Part shown: one piece after another, positions 1 to 8,442 of the stretch
How positions within the stretch are numbered: position 1 is the first letter of the stretch
How the letters are laid out: each line of letters begins with the position of its first letter
Assembly (NCBI RefSeq): GCF_001412615.1
Contig: NZ_CP013011.1
Location: 570,001-602,000 of the forward strand
Reading direction: 5' to 3'
Source of the DNA: Pyrodictium delaneyi
GTDB lineage: Archaea > Thermoproteota > Thermoprotei_A > Sulfolobales > Pyrodictiaceae
Length of the DNA: 32,000 nucleotides
Translations under genes and position numbers: made by a program
Notes under the pieces: generated by a model
Told to the model about the DNA's origin: nothing
What the model saw: the letters and a program-made list of their open reading frames with translations, nothing else
The model's database searches: none

Positions 1-1
1 T

Positions 2-1249
2 GGATGGGTTGATACCGTAAGAGCTCATGGCGGTATAGTGTTCGTTGTGCTACGTGATCGTACAGGAAAGATACAGCTAGTAGTCAAGAAAAATGTCTCA
101 AAAGACGCCTGGAAGACAGCCAAGAACCTGACACCAGAGAGTGTGATAGCTGCACACGGAACTCTCGTAGAGAGCAAGGCGGCTCTAGGAGGTCGAGAAC
201 TAGTAGTAAGCGAACTCGTAGTATACTCCAAGGCCGATCCACTGCCCATTGATATAAAGGATCACTCTAAGACTATACTTGCAAAGAGGCTCGACTGGCG
301 GTTCCTAGACCTGCGTAACCCGAGGAACCTCTTGATATTCCTAGTCGAGGCAGAGATGGCTAGAGCGGCCCGCGAGTGGTTCTATGAGCATGGGTTCGTA
401 GAGATATTCACCTCAAAGATAGTAGGTGCGGCGACGGAAGGCGGAGCCGAGGTCTTCAGCATAGTATACTTCGACAAGCCAGCCTTCCTAGCACAATCTC
501 CACAGCTTTACAAGCAGATGGGTGTAATAGCTGGGTTTGAACGCGTATTTGAGATAGGACCTGCATTCCGTGCAGAGCCGCACCATACTACGCGTCATCT
601 CACAGAATATACAAGTGTTGACCTAGAGATGGGATTCATAGACAGTTTTGAGGATGTTATGGATGCTGTTGAGGGAGTAGTTCGTGCGATGATAAGGCGG
701 GCTATATCAGTCTACGGTAACCAGATAAGAGAATACTTCCCTGACGCTGTGCTGGAGGAGCCCAAGGACATACCAAGGATAACTATTCGTGAAGCATACA
801 AGCTGCTAGAATCAGCTGGCGTAGAGGTGGAGTGGGGCGACGATCTTAGCAGCGAGGGTGAGAGAAAACTAGGCGAGATAATAGAGCGTGAATACGGCTC
901 ACCAATAGTTTTCGTGACCGAATATCCATGGCGGGCTCGGCCATTCTATACTATGAAGAAACCAGATGACCCAGAATGGACTCTAAGCTTCGACCTACTC
1001 TTCCGCGGCTTAGAGATAGCTACTGGTGGTCAGCGTGAGCACCGTTACGAGGTGCTAGTCAAGCAGATAGAAGAGAAAGGACTAAATCCCAAGAACTTCG
1101 AGTGGTATCTCAACATGTTCCGCTATGGAGCACCACCGCATGGAGGTGCAGGTATAGGCCTTGAGAGAGTTGCTATGCAGCTACTAGGACTCGGCAACAT
1201 ACGTGAAGCCCGCTTGCTGCCACGTGATCCTGAGAGGCTAACCCCCTAG
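2..1249 (+). CDS. aspS: Aspartate--tRNA ligase (archaeal/eukaryotic-type class II AspRS), 5'-truncated by the window edge
   Basis: The frame is open from nt 2. GWVDTVRAHGGIVFVVLRDRTGKIQLVV is the OB-fold anticodon-binding domain, so the ATG at 38 is internal. Class II motif 2 is FRAEPHHTTRHLTEYTSVDLEM and motif 3 is GGAGIGLERVAMQLLGLGNIREA. Confidence 0.93.
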   Translation, partial: GWVDTVRAHGGIVFVVLRDRTGKIQLVVKKNVSKDAWKTAKNLTPESVIAAHGTLVESKAALGGRELVVSELVVYSKADPLPIDIKDHSKTILAKRLDWRFLDLRNPRNLLIFLVEAEMARAAREWFYEHGFVEIFTSKIVGAATEGGAEVFSIVYFDKPAFLAQSPQLYKQMGVIAGFERVFEIGPAFRAEPHHTTRHLTEYTSVDLEMGFIDSFEDVMDAVEGVVRAMIRRAISVYGNQIREYFPDAVLEEPKDIPRITIREAYKLLESAGVEVEWGDDLSSEGERKLGEIIEREYGSPIVFVTEYPWRARPFYTMKKPDDPEWTLSFDLLFRGLEIATGGQREHRYEVLVKQIEEKGLNPKNFEWYLNMFRYGAPPHGGAGIGLERVAMQLLGLGNIREARLLPRDPERLTP

Positions 1250-1412
1250 CCATCCCATAGTTAGCTTCCGTTTCTTTTAGCTCAGCCTCGATCGCTTTCT
1301 CAACATCTAGTCTCCCGGCGCATTACGACTAAAGTTAATTTCAATGAGAACTCTAGCTATGCCAGCACATAGTCTAATTATTGCAATCATGGAATATTGC
1401 AGATTGCAGGAT

Positions 1413-1476
1413 TCAGCCCCCAGCGCCTCTTCATCGATATGAATCGTTAGTTCTCCGCGTCGTCTAGCCTCATCAC
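1413..1476 (-). ncRNA. Candidate C/D-box sRNA (very weak)
   Basis: On the minus strand: GTGATGA (1476-1470), 12 nt GGCTAGACGACG, D'-like CGGA, a 19-nt linker that is unusually long, C'-like ATGAAGA (1434-1428), 11 nt GGCGCTGGGGG, and CTGA (1416-1413). Confidence 0.2.
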
Positions 1477-1544
1477 GCCAGTGCGAGGTTTCCGAGAGAA
1501 TCATTATTAATGGTTATCGAAGCTGGCTGCTTAAATGGGAGTTA

Positions 1545-2819
1545 ATGATGCACCATGACTCTAGAGGTCCACGTCCAGCAGCGGTTATTCATCGGAAATG
1601 GCCGTTTGACGAGAAGCCATTACTAATATTCTGGGAGACAACTAAGGCATGTATGCTTGCATGTAAGCATTGTCGTGCCTCAGCAATACTCGAGCCCTTG
1701 CCTGGTGAATTAAGCCACGAGGAAGGGATTAAGCTTATAGACGATATAGCTGGCTTCGGTAAGCCTTCCCCAATTCTCGTGTTTACTGGTGGCGATCCAC
1801 TAATGAGGAAGGATATATGGAGTCTAGTAGCTAGGGCAAAGGAGCATGACATAACTGTAGCTATGGCACCCGCCATTACACCGAAGCTCACGGATGCTGA
1901 GATAAGGAAAATGGTTGAGATGGGAGTAAGTGGTATAAGTATAAGTCTTGATGGTAGTAGGCCAGAGATACATGATAGTATACGCGGTGTTTCCGGTGTC
2001 TTCAAGCGGAGTATAGAGATAATTCGCTCAATGCTTGACAGTGGTCTACGTGTCCAGGTCAATACAGCGGTAATGAGAGACAATGTTGAAGATTTGGCTG
2101 ACATAGTTAAGCTTCTAATTGACCTTGGCGTGCGTGTATGGGAGGTATTCTACCTCATACCCGTGGGACGCGCGCAGAAGGAGCTAGACCTCTCGCCCAA
2201 AGAGTGGGAAGATGTAAGCCACTTCCTCTATGAAGCGTCAAAGTATGGTATAGTGGTGCGTACCAGTGAGGGGCCAATGTTTAGGCGCGTTGCAGTAATG
2301 CGTAGGCTGCTAGAGCTGCACGGTTATGATCCCGATGAGATCCTTAAGCCTGGCCCCCTATACCATAGGCTTGTTTCAAGGCTGCGTAGCCTTCTTGGAG
2401 AGCCCAAAGGTAAACCCCTGGCGTCAACGACAGGAACACGAGATGGTAAGGGTATACTATTCATATCTCATGACGGGCTTGTGTACCCGAGCGGCTTCAT
2501 GCCTTATCCTGTAGGTAATGTGCGGAAAGAAAGTATAGTCAAGATATATCGTGAGAATGAACTATTGAGAAAGATACGTGCTGCAGAGTTCGAGGGCAAG
2601 TGTGGTATCTGTGAGTTCCGAGACATATGTGGCGGTAGCAGAGCGCGTGCGTATACACTTCTTGGCGATCCACTTGCAGAGGATCCTGCATGCCCATACA
2701 ATCCAGGCGAGTTTACAAGACTCGTTGAAAAGCTCGGACTTGATACAGATAAAGCAATAAAGGATATAGAAGGACTTAAATATGTGCTTCCACCCAAGCC
2801 TGATGCATCCAAGCCATGA
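1545..2819 (+). CDS. ahbD: Radical SAM/SPASM enzyme of the NirJ/Ahb family, AhbD-like (heme b synthase of the siroheme-dependent pathway)
   Basis: Has the CX3CX2C motif in LIFWETTKACMLACKHCRA, a GGDPL SAM-binding motif, and a C-terminal SPASM Cys cluster CGICEFRDICGGSRARA. It sits next to an AhbA/B-like gene. Calling it AhbD rather than AhbC rests only on remembered N-terminal similarity (WE.T..CNL.C.HCRA). Confidence 0.68.
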   Translation: MMHHDSRGPRPAAVIHRKWPFDEKPLLIFWETTKACMLACKHCRASAILEPLPGELSHEEGIKLIDDIAGFGKPSPILVFTGGDPLMRKDIWSLVARAKEHDITVAMAPAITPKLTDAEIRKMVEMGVSGISISLDGSRPEIHDSIRGVSGVFKRSIEIIRSMLDSGLRVQVNTAVMRDNVEDLADIVKLLIDLGVRVWEVFYLIPVGRAQKELDLSPKEWEDVSHFLYEASKYGIVVRTSEGPMFRRVAVMRRLLELHGYDPDEILKPGPLYHRLVSRLRSLLGEPKGKPLASTTGTRDGKGILFISHDGLVYPSGFMPYPVGNVRKESIVKIYRENELLRKIRAAEFEGKCGICEFRDICGGSRARAYTLLGDPLAEDPACPYNPGEFTRLVEKLGLDTDKAIKDIEGLKYVLPPKPDASKP

Positions 2820-2845
2820 ATACCGGTAAGTTGTAGGTGTAAATA

Positions 2846-3859
2846 TTGATGAGTGAGAGCAGATTCGTTCCACAAGTTATCGAGAAGCTTGGCAGCGAAC
2901 TGGCAGCCGAAGCACTTATGGAGCTACAGTATAACTTCCCGCTGACAGCAACACCATACAATGATATAGCGGAAAGATTGGGTGTCAATGTTGACGAGCT
3001 TCTAGACTTACTGAGAATGTTAAAGGAAAAGCGTATACTGAAGCGTGTAGGCTTCTACCTGAACTACAGAGCTGCTAGGAAACGGGCAGCCCTCATAGCT
3101 ATAGCAACGGAAACGCCGCGGGAAGCAACTAAGTACCTAGTTGAAATACTAGAGGTCACGCATAGCTATCTCAGGGACCACCCAGTATACAACCTGTGGG
3201 TTGTAGGAAAGCATGAAGACCCAGAAAGAATAGTTGAGGCGGCCCGCAAGGCCGCAGAACGATACGGTAAGGGCAAATGGCTAGTACTCTGGGGCGAGAA
3301 AACTCTCCGGCTAAGTGTAAAATACGATCTTGAAAAAGGTATAAGCAGAGCTGGCCCTTACAGCACGGTTGCAGCCAACCCACCGAGACCAGAGGATATA
3401 GGCTACAGCATGGCCTTAGCTAGGGCTTTGCGTGTCCTACCACTCGAAGAACGACCATATGCGGTGATAGCAAGGCAGCTCGGGCTAACAGAGGATCGGG
3501 TCATAGAAGCTGCGCGTGTAATGCTCGATAGAGGTATACTAGGAGACCCTGGAGCGGCATTGGATGGTCACAAGTTAGGCTTCCAGTACAACGGGATGGT
3601 AACCCTGGCACCGAAAGAAATAGATCAGCTGGACGATCTATGTAAATGGGTTGTAAACAACATCAGTGAAGCCACTCATGTAGTTAAGCGATCCGTGACA
3701 CCTCAGGGAGCTTGGAGACATCTATGCTACTTCATGGTCCATAGTGTTGATGAAGATAGGGTCAAGCCAGTACTTAAACGCTTGGACGACTGCCCATATC
3801 TCGACGACTACATGGTTATTAGGAGTCTAGAAGACTTACTCCCAGGTGTGATAAGATAA
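2846..3859 (+). CDS. ahbAB: Fused siroheme decarboxylase AhbA/AhbB (NirDL/NirGH-like), two tandem Lrp/AsnC-wHTH plus decarboxylase halves
   Basis: Two internal repeats of the pattern (F)PL..RPY..IA..LG..ED.V......L..GIL.R.G. First half: ELQYNFPLTATPYNDIAERLGVNVDELLDLLRMLKEKRILKRVG. Second half: LRVLPLEERPYAVIARQLGLTEDRVIEAARVMLDRGILGDPG. It lies between two NirJ-like rSAM genes. Confidence 0.75.
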   Translation: MMSESRFVPQVIEKLGSELAAEALMELQYNFPLTATPYNDIAERLGVNVDELLDLLRMLKEKRILKRVGFYLNYRAARKRAALIAIATETPREATKYLVEILEVTHSYLRDHPVYNLWVVGKHEDPERIVEAARKAAERYGKGKWLVLWGEKTLRLSVKYDLEKGISRAGPYSTVAANPPRPEDIGYSMALARALRVLPLEERPYAVIARQLGLTEDRVIEAARVMLDRGILGDPGAALDGHKLGFQYNGMVTLAPKEIDQLDDLCKWVVNNISEATHVVKRSVTPQGAWRHLCYFMVHSVDEDRVKPVLKRLDDCPYLDDYMVIRSLEDLLPGVIR

Positions 3860-3939
3860 CAAGTATCCATACAAGCACATGGTTTTAGGAGCCAAAACAG
3901 TCGGCTAATGTAGTTGTAGGATAGGGGGTGTAAGGATAA

Positions 3940-5127
3940 GTGATACCTGTCACCGTAATGGTTGCAGGTAAGGGTACTGTATCTACCCGTATAAAGGGAC
4001 ATTATGGACCTCGGAGACCATCCAAGTTCTCTGACGTATTAAGGCCAATAGTATTCTGGAATATAACATATCAATGCAACTTGAAATGTGCCCATTGCTA
4101 CATAAATGCACTCCAGAACAAGCTACCCAAGGAACTCTCCACCGAAGAGGCTCGTAGACTATCCCAGGAGATGGTCGAGATAGGCATTCCACTAGTCGTC
4201 GTAACCGGCGGCGAACCACTTGTGAGAGATGACTTTTGGGACATAATGGAGCCCATGGCTAACAAGCAGAGGCCACGCCTCTCTCTGAGTACAAACGGTA
4301 CGCTAATAACGCGTGATGTTGCAGAGAAGTTGGCATCATATGGGTTCGTTTATGTCGGTATATCGATTGATAGTGTAAAGCCTGGATGGCATGACAAGTT
4401 CAGAGGAGTTGAAGGCGCCTTTGAGGCTACCCTGCGTGGTATAAAGAATAGTATAGATGCAGGAATAGATGTCGGCATTAGGACTACAATAACGAGATAC
4501 AATGTTAAAGAGGTCCCCGAAATTCTGCGCTGGTCGTATGATATGGGTATAAAAAGAATAAGCCTATATATACTAGATACGGTGGGCCGTGGTACAGGAA
4601 TAAAGGACTGGCTTCCAACACATGATCAGCTAAAATGGCTTGCAGATGTATTGATAGATGAGGCCAGAAAGTACGCCGATGCTATGGAAATACTCATAGT
4701 TAGAGGCCAATTCATGGGGATATACATAGCTGATAAGATATCGAGAACAAACGAGGAGTTCATAGATTACATAAAGATGCTGGATGCGCAAGGTAACTGT
4801 GGACGGAAAAGCGTAAGCATATATCCCGATGGCTCTGTGAAGCCTTGTCAGTTCGTAGACTGGGTAAGCCTAGGCAATGTGCGCGAAAAACCACTGCGCG
4901 AGATACTAAATCCAGAGAATCCGGAACTAAAACCGTTCCTAGAGATAGAGAGACATTTGCGCGGCCCCAGGTGTAGCAAGTGTCCATTCCGTAGGATATG
5001 TGGCGGAGGTAGTCGTGGAAGGGCCCTAGAGTTCTATGGTGATGAGTGGGGTGATGACCCGCTCTGCTTCATAGACCCGATAGAGATAGCTAAGAAGCGT
5101 GGAATAGATCCAGCAGCTATCGTGTAG
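3940..5127 (+). CDS. ahbC: Radical SAM/SPASM enzyme of the NirJ/Ahb family, AhbC-like (Fe-coproporphyrin III synthase)
   Basis: IVFWNITYQCNLKCAHCY carries the CX3CX2C motif, VVTGGEPL follows, and the SPASM cluster is CSKCPFRRICGGGSRGRA. The ORF starts at GTG 3940, and ATG 3958 is an alternative start. Confidence 0.65.
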   Translation: MIPVTVMVAGKGTVSTRIKGHYGPRRPSKFSDVLRPIVFWNITYQCNLKCAHCYINALQNKLPKELSTEEARRLSQEMVEIGIPLVVVTGGEPLVRDDFWDIMEPMANKQRPRLSLSTNGTLITRDVAEKLASYGFVYVGISIDSVKPGWHDKFRGVEGAFEATLRGIKNSIDAGIDVGIRTTITRYNVKEVPEILRWSYDMGIKRISLYILDTVGRGTGIKDWLPTHDQLKWLADVLIDEARKYADAMEILIVRGQFMGIYIADKISRTNEEFIDYIKMLDAQGNCGRKSVSIYPDGSVKPCQFVDWVSLGNVREKPLREILNPENPELKPFLEIERHLRGPRCSKCPFRRICGGGSRGRALEFYGDEWGDDPLCFIDPIEIAKKRGIDPAAIV

Positions 5128-5180
5128 CCGATGAGCCTCCAGTCAAGTGGCCCTGCGATTCGAGTTTGGTGCCTGGTCAT

Positions 5181-5936
5181 CTACTCCCGGCACGGCTTCT
5201 CTACATTTCTTAGTCTTGCGAGATCCTGGAGTATGGGTATTTCTCTAAACTTCTTGCACGGGAGCATGTCCCATATGATTCCAGGTGGTTTCTCAGCAGA
5301 CTCGAACCGGAGCAGTCTACGCGGGGTAGCAGCTATGTCTACAGCTAGGTCATAAGGTTCTTTCGGTATATAATCAACGAGCTGGAGATCGTGAATAGTG
5401 GTTGCGACTGGAACGTCTTCCACAACTAATCCAAGGTCGCGCATAATGCCATACTCTATCTCTGCGTATCCCTCGCCCTTGCCTATACGATGCCCCTTCC
5501 TATCTATTGCGACGGAGCCAGTAACAATTAGATCTATGCCGCCCATAGACCTTAGCTCGTCTATAGACAGTTTTTTGCCTAGCTGGAAGGCGCCCCGTAT
5601 GGTAGCAGCTCTCTCGTATAGGGATTCCGGTATGAGTCGTGGATCCAGCAGGAGAAAGCCCTCTCGTAGACGGGGAGTGGCCATCACGACTATCTTGCCG
5701 CTACGTAGAGCCGCTAATCTAACCCATTTCTGTGGTGCATCCGGGTTAACCTTGACTATTCTAGCTCTCCTCCACTCTGGTGTCTCAGACAGCCTAGCTG
5801 CAGCCTCGTCCGCGCCCCTGAAGTTGGGTATACGCCCGTAGACTGGGCGTGGGAAAGTTGCGACGCCACGCTCCTCCAGAAGCCTCCATATGTACTCCCT
5901 TATCCTTTGCTTTTCCTTGGAGGTTTTACTCTCCAA
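5181..5936 (-). CDS. 5-formyltetrahydrofolate cyclo-ligase family protein (COG0212-like)
   Basis: IDLIVTGSVAIDRKGHRIGKGEGYAEIEYG matches the family's C-terminal G.G.GY.D/E signature. The N-terminal KEKQRIREYIW helix is typical. It starts 4 nt after the stop of the upstream gene, so the two are probably one operon. Confidence 0.7.
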   Translation of the reverse strand: MESKTSKEKQRIREYIWRLLEERGVATFPRPVYGRIPNFRGADEAAARLSETPEWRRARIVKVNPDAPQKWVRLAALRSGKIVVMATPRLREGFLLLDPRLIPESLYERAATIRGAFQLGKKLSIDELRSMGGIDLIVTGSVAIDRKGHRIGKGEGYAEIEYGIMRDLGLVVEDVPVATTIHDLQLVDYIPKEPYDLAVDIAATPRRLLRFESAEKPPGIIWDMLPCKKFREIPILQDLARLRNVEKPCRE

Positions 5937-5940
5937 AGCT

Positions 5941-6648
5941 CTAAGCCCCTAGCTTCTCCAGGAGGGCTTCAACCCTTTCAGCGCTATTCTCGAGACTCTC
6001 GATTAGCGCTTGTATCCTAGCCCGCTGTAGTAGCACGGCGGCTGCAATCCTGGCAGAGCGATAACCTCTCCTCGCAAGTGGTGTGAGGCTCCGTAGCCAC
6101 TCCAGCGTCTTCGCGACATTGCGTACACTCTTGCCGAGCTTGGCTGCAGCTTCGGAAACAGCACTGGACTCTGCTATAGCGCGAAGTACCTCTAGCTGCT
6201 CTGGTTTTATCCGGATAGAAGGGTCGAGGAGCAGCCTTACAGCCTCGCTAAACGCCTCCAGTACAGCGCCATAGACTATATCCTCTAACTCTTCAGCGTC
6301 GAGCAGAAATACGTCCTCCAGTTCTATAACGGTTACACCGAGCTTCTCCGCAAGCACACGGGCGGACTCATCGGCAAACCCTTTACACACTACCAGGGGT
6401 CTAGCGTTAAGCAGTACAGCGTTGCTATACACCTGGCGGATACCGTGGATATCCAATCTGCCAGCTTTAACCTCTACAACATACAAGTTTCCCTCACTAT
6501 CCTCAGCCAATGCATAAACTTCACCTATCTCGACTCCATCAACTACTATACGCTTATGAGTTTCGAGTACCCGGTAGCCGCGCTGCTCAAGCAGACGGAA
6601 CGCTATTCTCTCACTGGCTAGCCAGCGCCTAACACCACCCTTGGCCAA
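5941..6648 (-). CDS. YraN/UPF0102-like PD-(D/E)xK nuclease-fold domain protein with C-terminal helix-turn-helix
   Basis: The N-terminus ASERIAFRLLEQRGYRVLE...GVEIGEVYALAED..NLYVVEVKAG follows the G.E..A..L...GY.....GEIDLIA....VFVEVK pattern. The C-terminus LEVLRAIAESSAVSEAAAKLGKSVRNVAKTLEWL looks like an HTH. Confidence 0.55.
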   Translation of the reverse strand: MAKGGVRRWLASERIAFRLLEQRGYRVLETHKRIVVDGVEIGEVYALAEDSEGNLYVVEVKAGRLDIHGIRQVYSNAVLLNARPLVVCKGFADESARVLAEKLGVTVIELEDVFLLDAEELEDIVYGAVLEAFSEAVRLLLDPSIRIKPEQLEVLRAIAESSAVSEAAAKLGKSVRNVAKTLEWLRSLTPLARRGYRSARIAAAVLLQRARIQALIESLENSAERVEALLEKLGA

Positions 6649-6758
6649 GTCTGCGACACCCTATCCGCGTCATTGTGGTGCCTCTCCCCTGGTTCTTAGA
6701 GGGCCTACAAACCCTATATGGCTCTCCTAGACCGAGTGCCTGGTTCCGGGAGACTACA

Positions 6759-7724
6759 GTGAAGGTTGAACGTAGCAAGCTATTAGCAGAGCCGGTTAAA
6801 GACGTAAAGGTAGACCCGAATGCAACGCTAGCGGACCTAGTCAACATGCTTGACGACATACACGGCTTTATGGCTGGTCATTTGGCACGTGCGGTAAAAC
6901 TGCTATCGAGCTGTCTCAGGAAATCTGACCTACGTGTAATGTCGTTCACAGCGAATCTCGTAGCAACTGGGCTTAGAGGTGTATTTGCACAACTGATACG
7001 CGAGGGTATATTCAACCTGGTTGTAACAACATGTGGAACAATAGATCACGACATATCCAGGGGGAGCGGAGGCGTATACTACAAGGGGTTCTTCGAGACA
7101 GACGACCGCATGCTACACGAGGTCGACGTGCATAGGCTCGGCAACGTATTCATACCTATGGAGGACTATGGGCCACGCGTCGAGAAGATGACATACAGTG
7201 TACTTGATAGACTCGATAGATCCAGAGAGTGGGGTATCTATGAAATACTCTGGGAGATAGGCAAGGAGCTAAGCAACGACGAGAACAGTATACTCGCGGC
7301 AGCTGCCGAAACGAAGACCCCCATAATAGTCCCTGGTTTCCTAGACGGGGCTTTCGGTACAGCGCTCTTTACATACTTGCAGACGCATCGCGACCTAAGA
7401 GTAAACCCGTTTAGGGACGAGGAGGTAATGTCAAACAAGTTTTTCACAGCGAAGCATGCGACAGCACTCATCATAGGTGGTGGTATTAGCAAGCATCATA
7501 CAATATGGTGGGCACAGTTCAGGGAAGGATTTGACTGTGCAGTATACATGACTACAGCTGTAGAGTACGATGGTAGTCTTAGCGGTGCTCACCCAAGGGA
7601 GGCTATAAGCTGGAATAAGCTCCGTCCAGAGGGTGAGAGTATAGTAGTCTATGGTGATGCAACAATACTGTTGCCGATACTAGTAGCAGGTGTACTGGCG
7701 TATAAGCGGAATAACAAGAAGTAG
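6759..7724 (+). CDS. dys: Deoxyhypusine synthase
   Basis: FTANLVATGLRGVFAQLIREGIFNLVVTTCGTIDHDI, IIGGGISKHH and a YDGSLSGA-type C-terminus are DHS hallmarks. The ORF is open from GTG 6675. I prefer GTG 6759 (MKVERSKLLAEP, 321 aa) because it fits ortholog length and a TATA-like ctatatgg lies about 45 nt upstream. Confidence 0.9.
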   Translation: MKVERSKLLAEPVKDVKVDPNATLADLVNMLDDIHGFMAGHLARAVKLLSSCLRKSDLRVMSFTANLVATGLRGVFAQLIREGIFNLVVTTCGTIDHDISRGSGGVYYKGFFETDDRMLHEVDVHRLGNVFIPMEDYGPRVEKMTYSVLDRLDRSREWGIYEILWEIGKELSNDENSILAAAAETKTPIIVPGFLDGAFGTALFTYLQTHRDLRVNPFRDEEVMSNKFFTAKHATALIIGGGISKHHTIWWAQFREGFDCAVYMTTAVEYDGSLSGAHPREAISWNKLRPEGESIVVYGDATILLPILVAGVLAYKRNNKK

Positions 7725-7747
7725 AATCATATAATTGAGTGAAATAG

Positions 7748-8302
7748 TTATTTATTAAGACTATATGCTTGGGTTTTTATATCACTTACACCTTTCGTGT
7801 AAAGGTAAATGGTGCGCACTAAGCCTCCTACATAGTATTTCTCGACGTGTATAGGATTCCATCCCGGTATAGCGAAGTCTAGTGTGATTACGCGTGCACC
7901 GATTCTAAGCTCGTTTTCAAGTTTCGGTCTCAACGCTGCATTAACACGGGTTAGCAGATACATATAGACTACAGAAGCACGGTGTAATGATACATTGAAG
8001 AAATCATCATTAATGAACTCGATTTTATCGTAAACGCCAGCCTTCTTGGCGTTTTCTATAGCAGACTCCAGGAGTTCTCGTCTGAGCTCGATACATACAG
8101 CCTTGGCTCCGCGTTTGGCAGCCTCTATAACTACGCGGCCATCTCCGCAGCCAAGATCATAAAAAATGTCGCCTTTGCTGACTCTTGCTATACGTAAAAC
8201 TTGGCTTATTAGCTGTCGGCGTGTAGGAACCCAGGGTACATCGTAAGAACCTATGGCAGCTAGTGGCAAGGCACCAAAGATTCCGGCCAGCATGCTGGTC
8301 AC
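7748..8302 (-). CDS. Class I SAM methyltransferase resembling the crenarchaeal protein-lysine methyltransferase aKMT
   Basis: YDVPWVPTRRQLISQVLRIARVSKGDIFYDLGCGDGRVVIEAAKRGAKAVCIE, then VVYMYLLTRVNAALRPKLENEL and GWNP, closely follow the remembered Sulfolobus aKMT pattern (VPYVPTP...DLGCGDGRI...LLTNVN..LKPKLEKEL...GWNP). The start codon is uncertain. Confidence 0.7.
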   Translation of the reverse strand: MTSMLAGIFGALPLAAIGSYDVPWVPTRRQLISQVLRIARVSKGDIFYDLGCGDGRVVIEAAKRGAKAVCIELRRELLESAIENAKKAGVYDKIEFINDDFFNVSLHRASVVYMYLLTRVNAALRPKLENELRIGARVITLDFAIPGWNPIHVEKYYVGGLVRTIYLYTKGVSDIKTQAYSLNK

Positions 8303-8442
8303 CCAGCCAGTTATAGGATAAGCCGTAACGCAGGTTAACTTTTAGTAACTGGCTAAGCAACTTTAACACTTTTATCCATCCGGCTACGCTATTATGAGCA
8401 TGGTTTATTGAGTCATCACGGATAAGCGTTAGCATTATTTCA

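Noticed and set aside
1307-1504. 65-aa minus-strand ORF in the aspS-ahbD spacer
   Set aside because: It has no motif and no convincing promoter or SD. It overlaps the region better explained as spacer or promoter, or possibly as the weak C/D-like unit.
1589-2875. Long antisense or overlapping ORFs inside ahbD (1589..2104-, 2504..2875-, 2562..2873-, 2326..2514+, 2578..2760+). Analogous ones occur elsewhere: 25..249-, 5398..5841+, 6083..6274+, 15126..16871 on the + strand inside glyS, 17100..17683-, 19434..19710-, 22114..22485-, 23702..24037-, 25544..25825-, 27710..28228-, 28391..28916+, 29957..30250-.
   Set aside because: Each lies fully within or opposite a gene with strong family motifs. 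Their products are low-complexity (Ser/Arg/Leu/Pro-rich) with no motifs. These are typical shadow ORFs of moderately GC-rich coding DNA.
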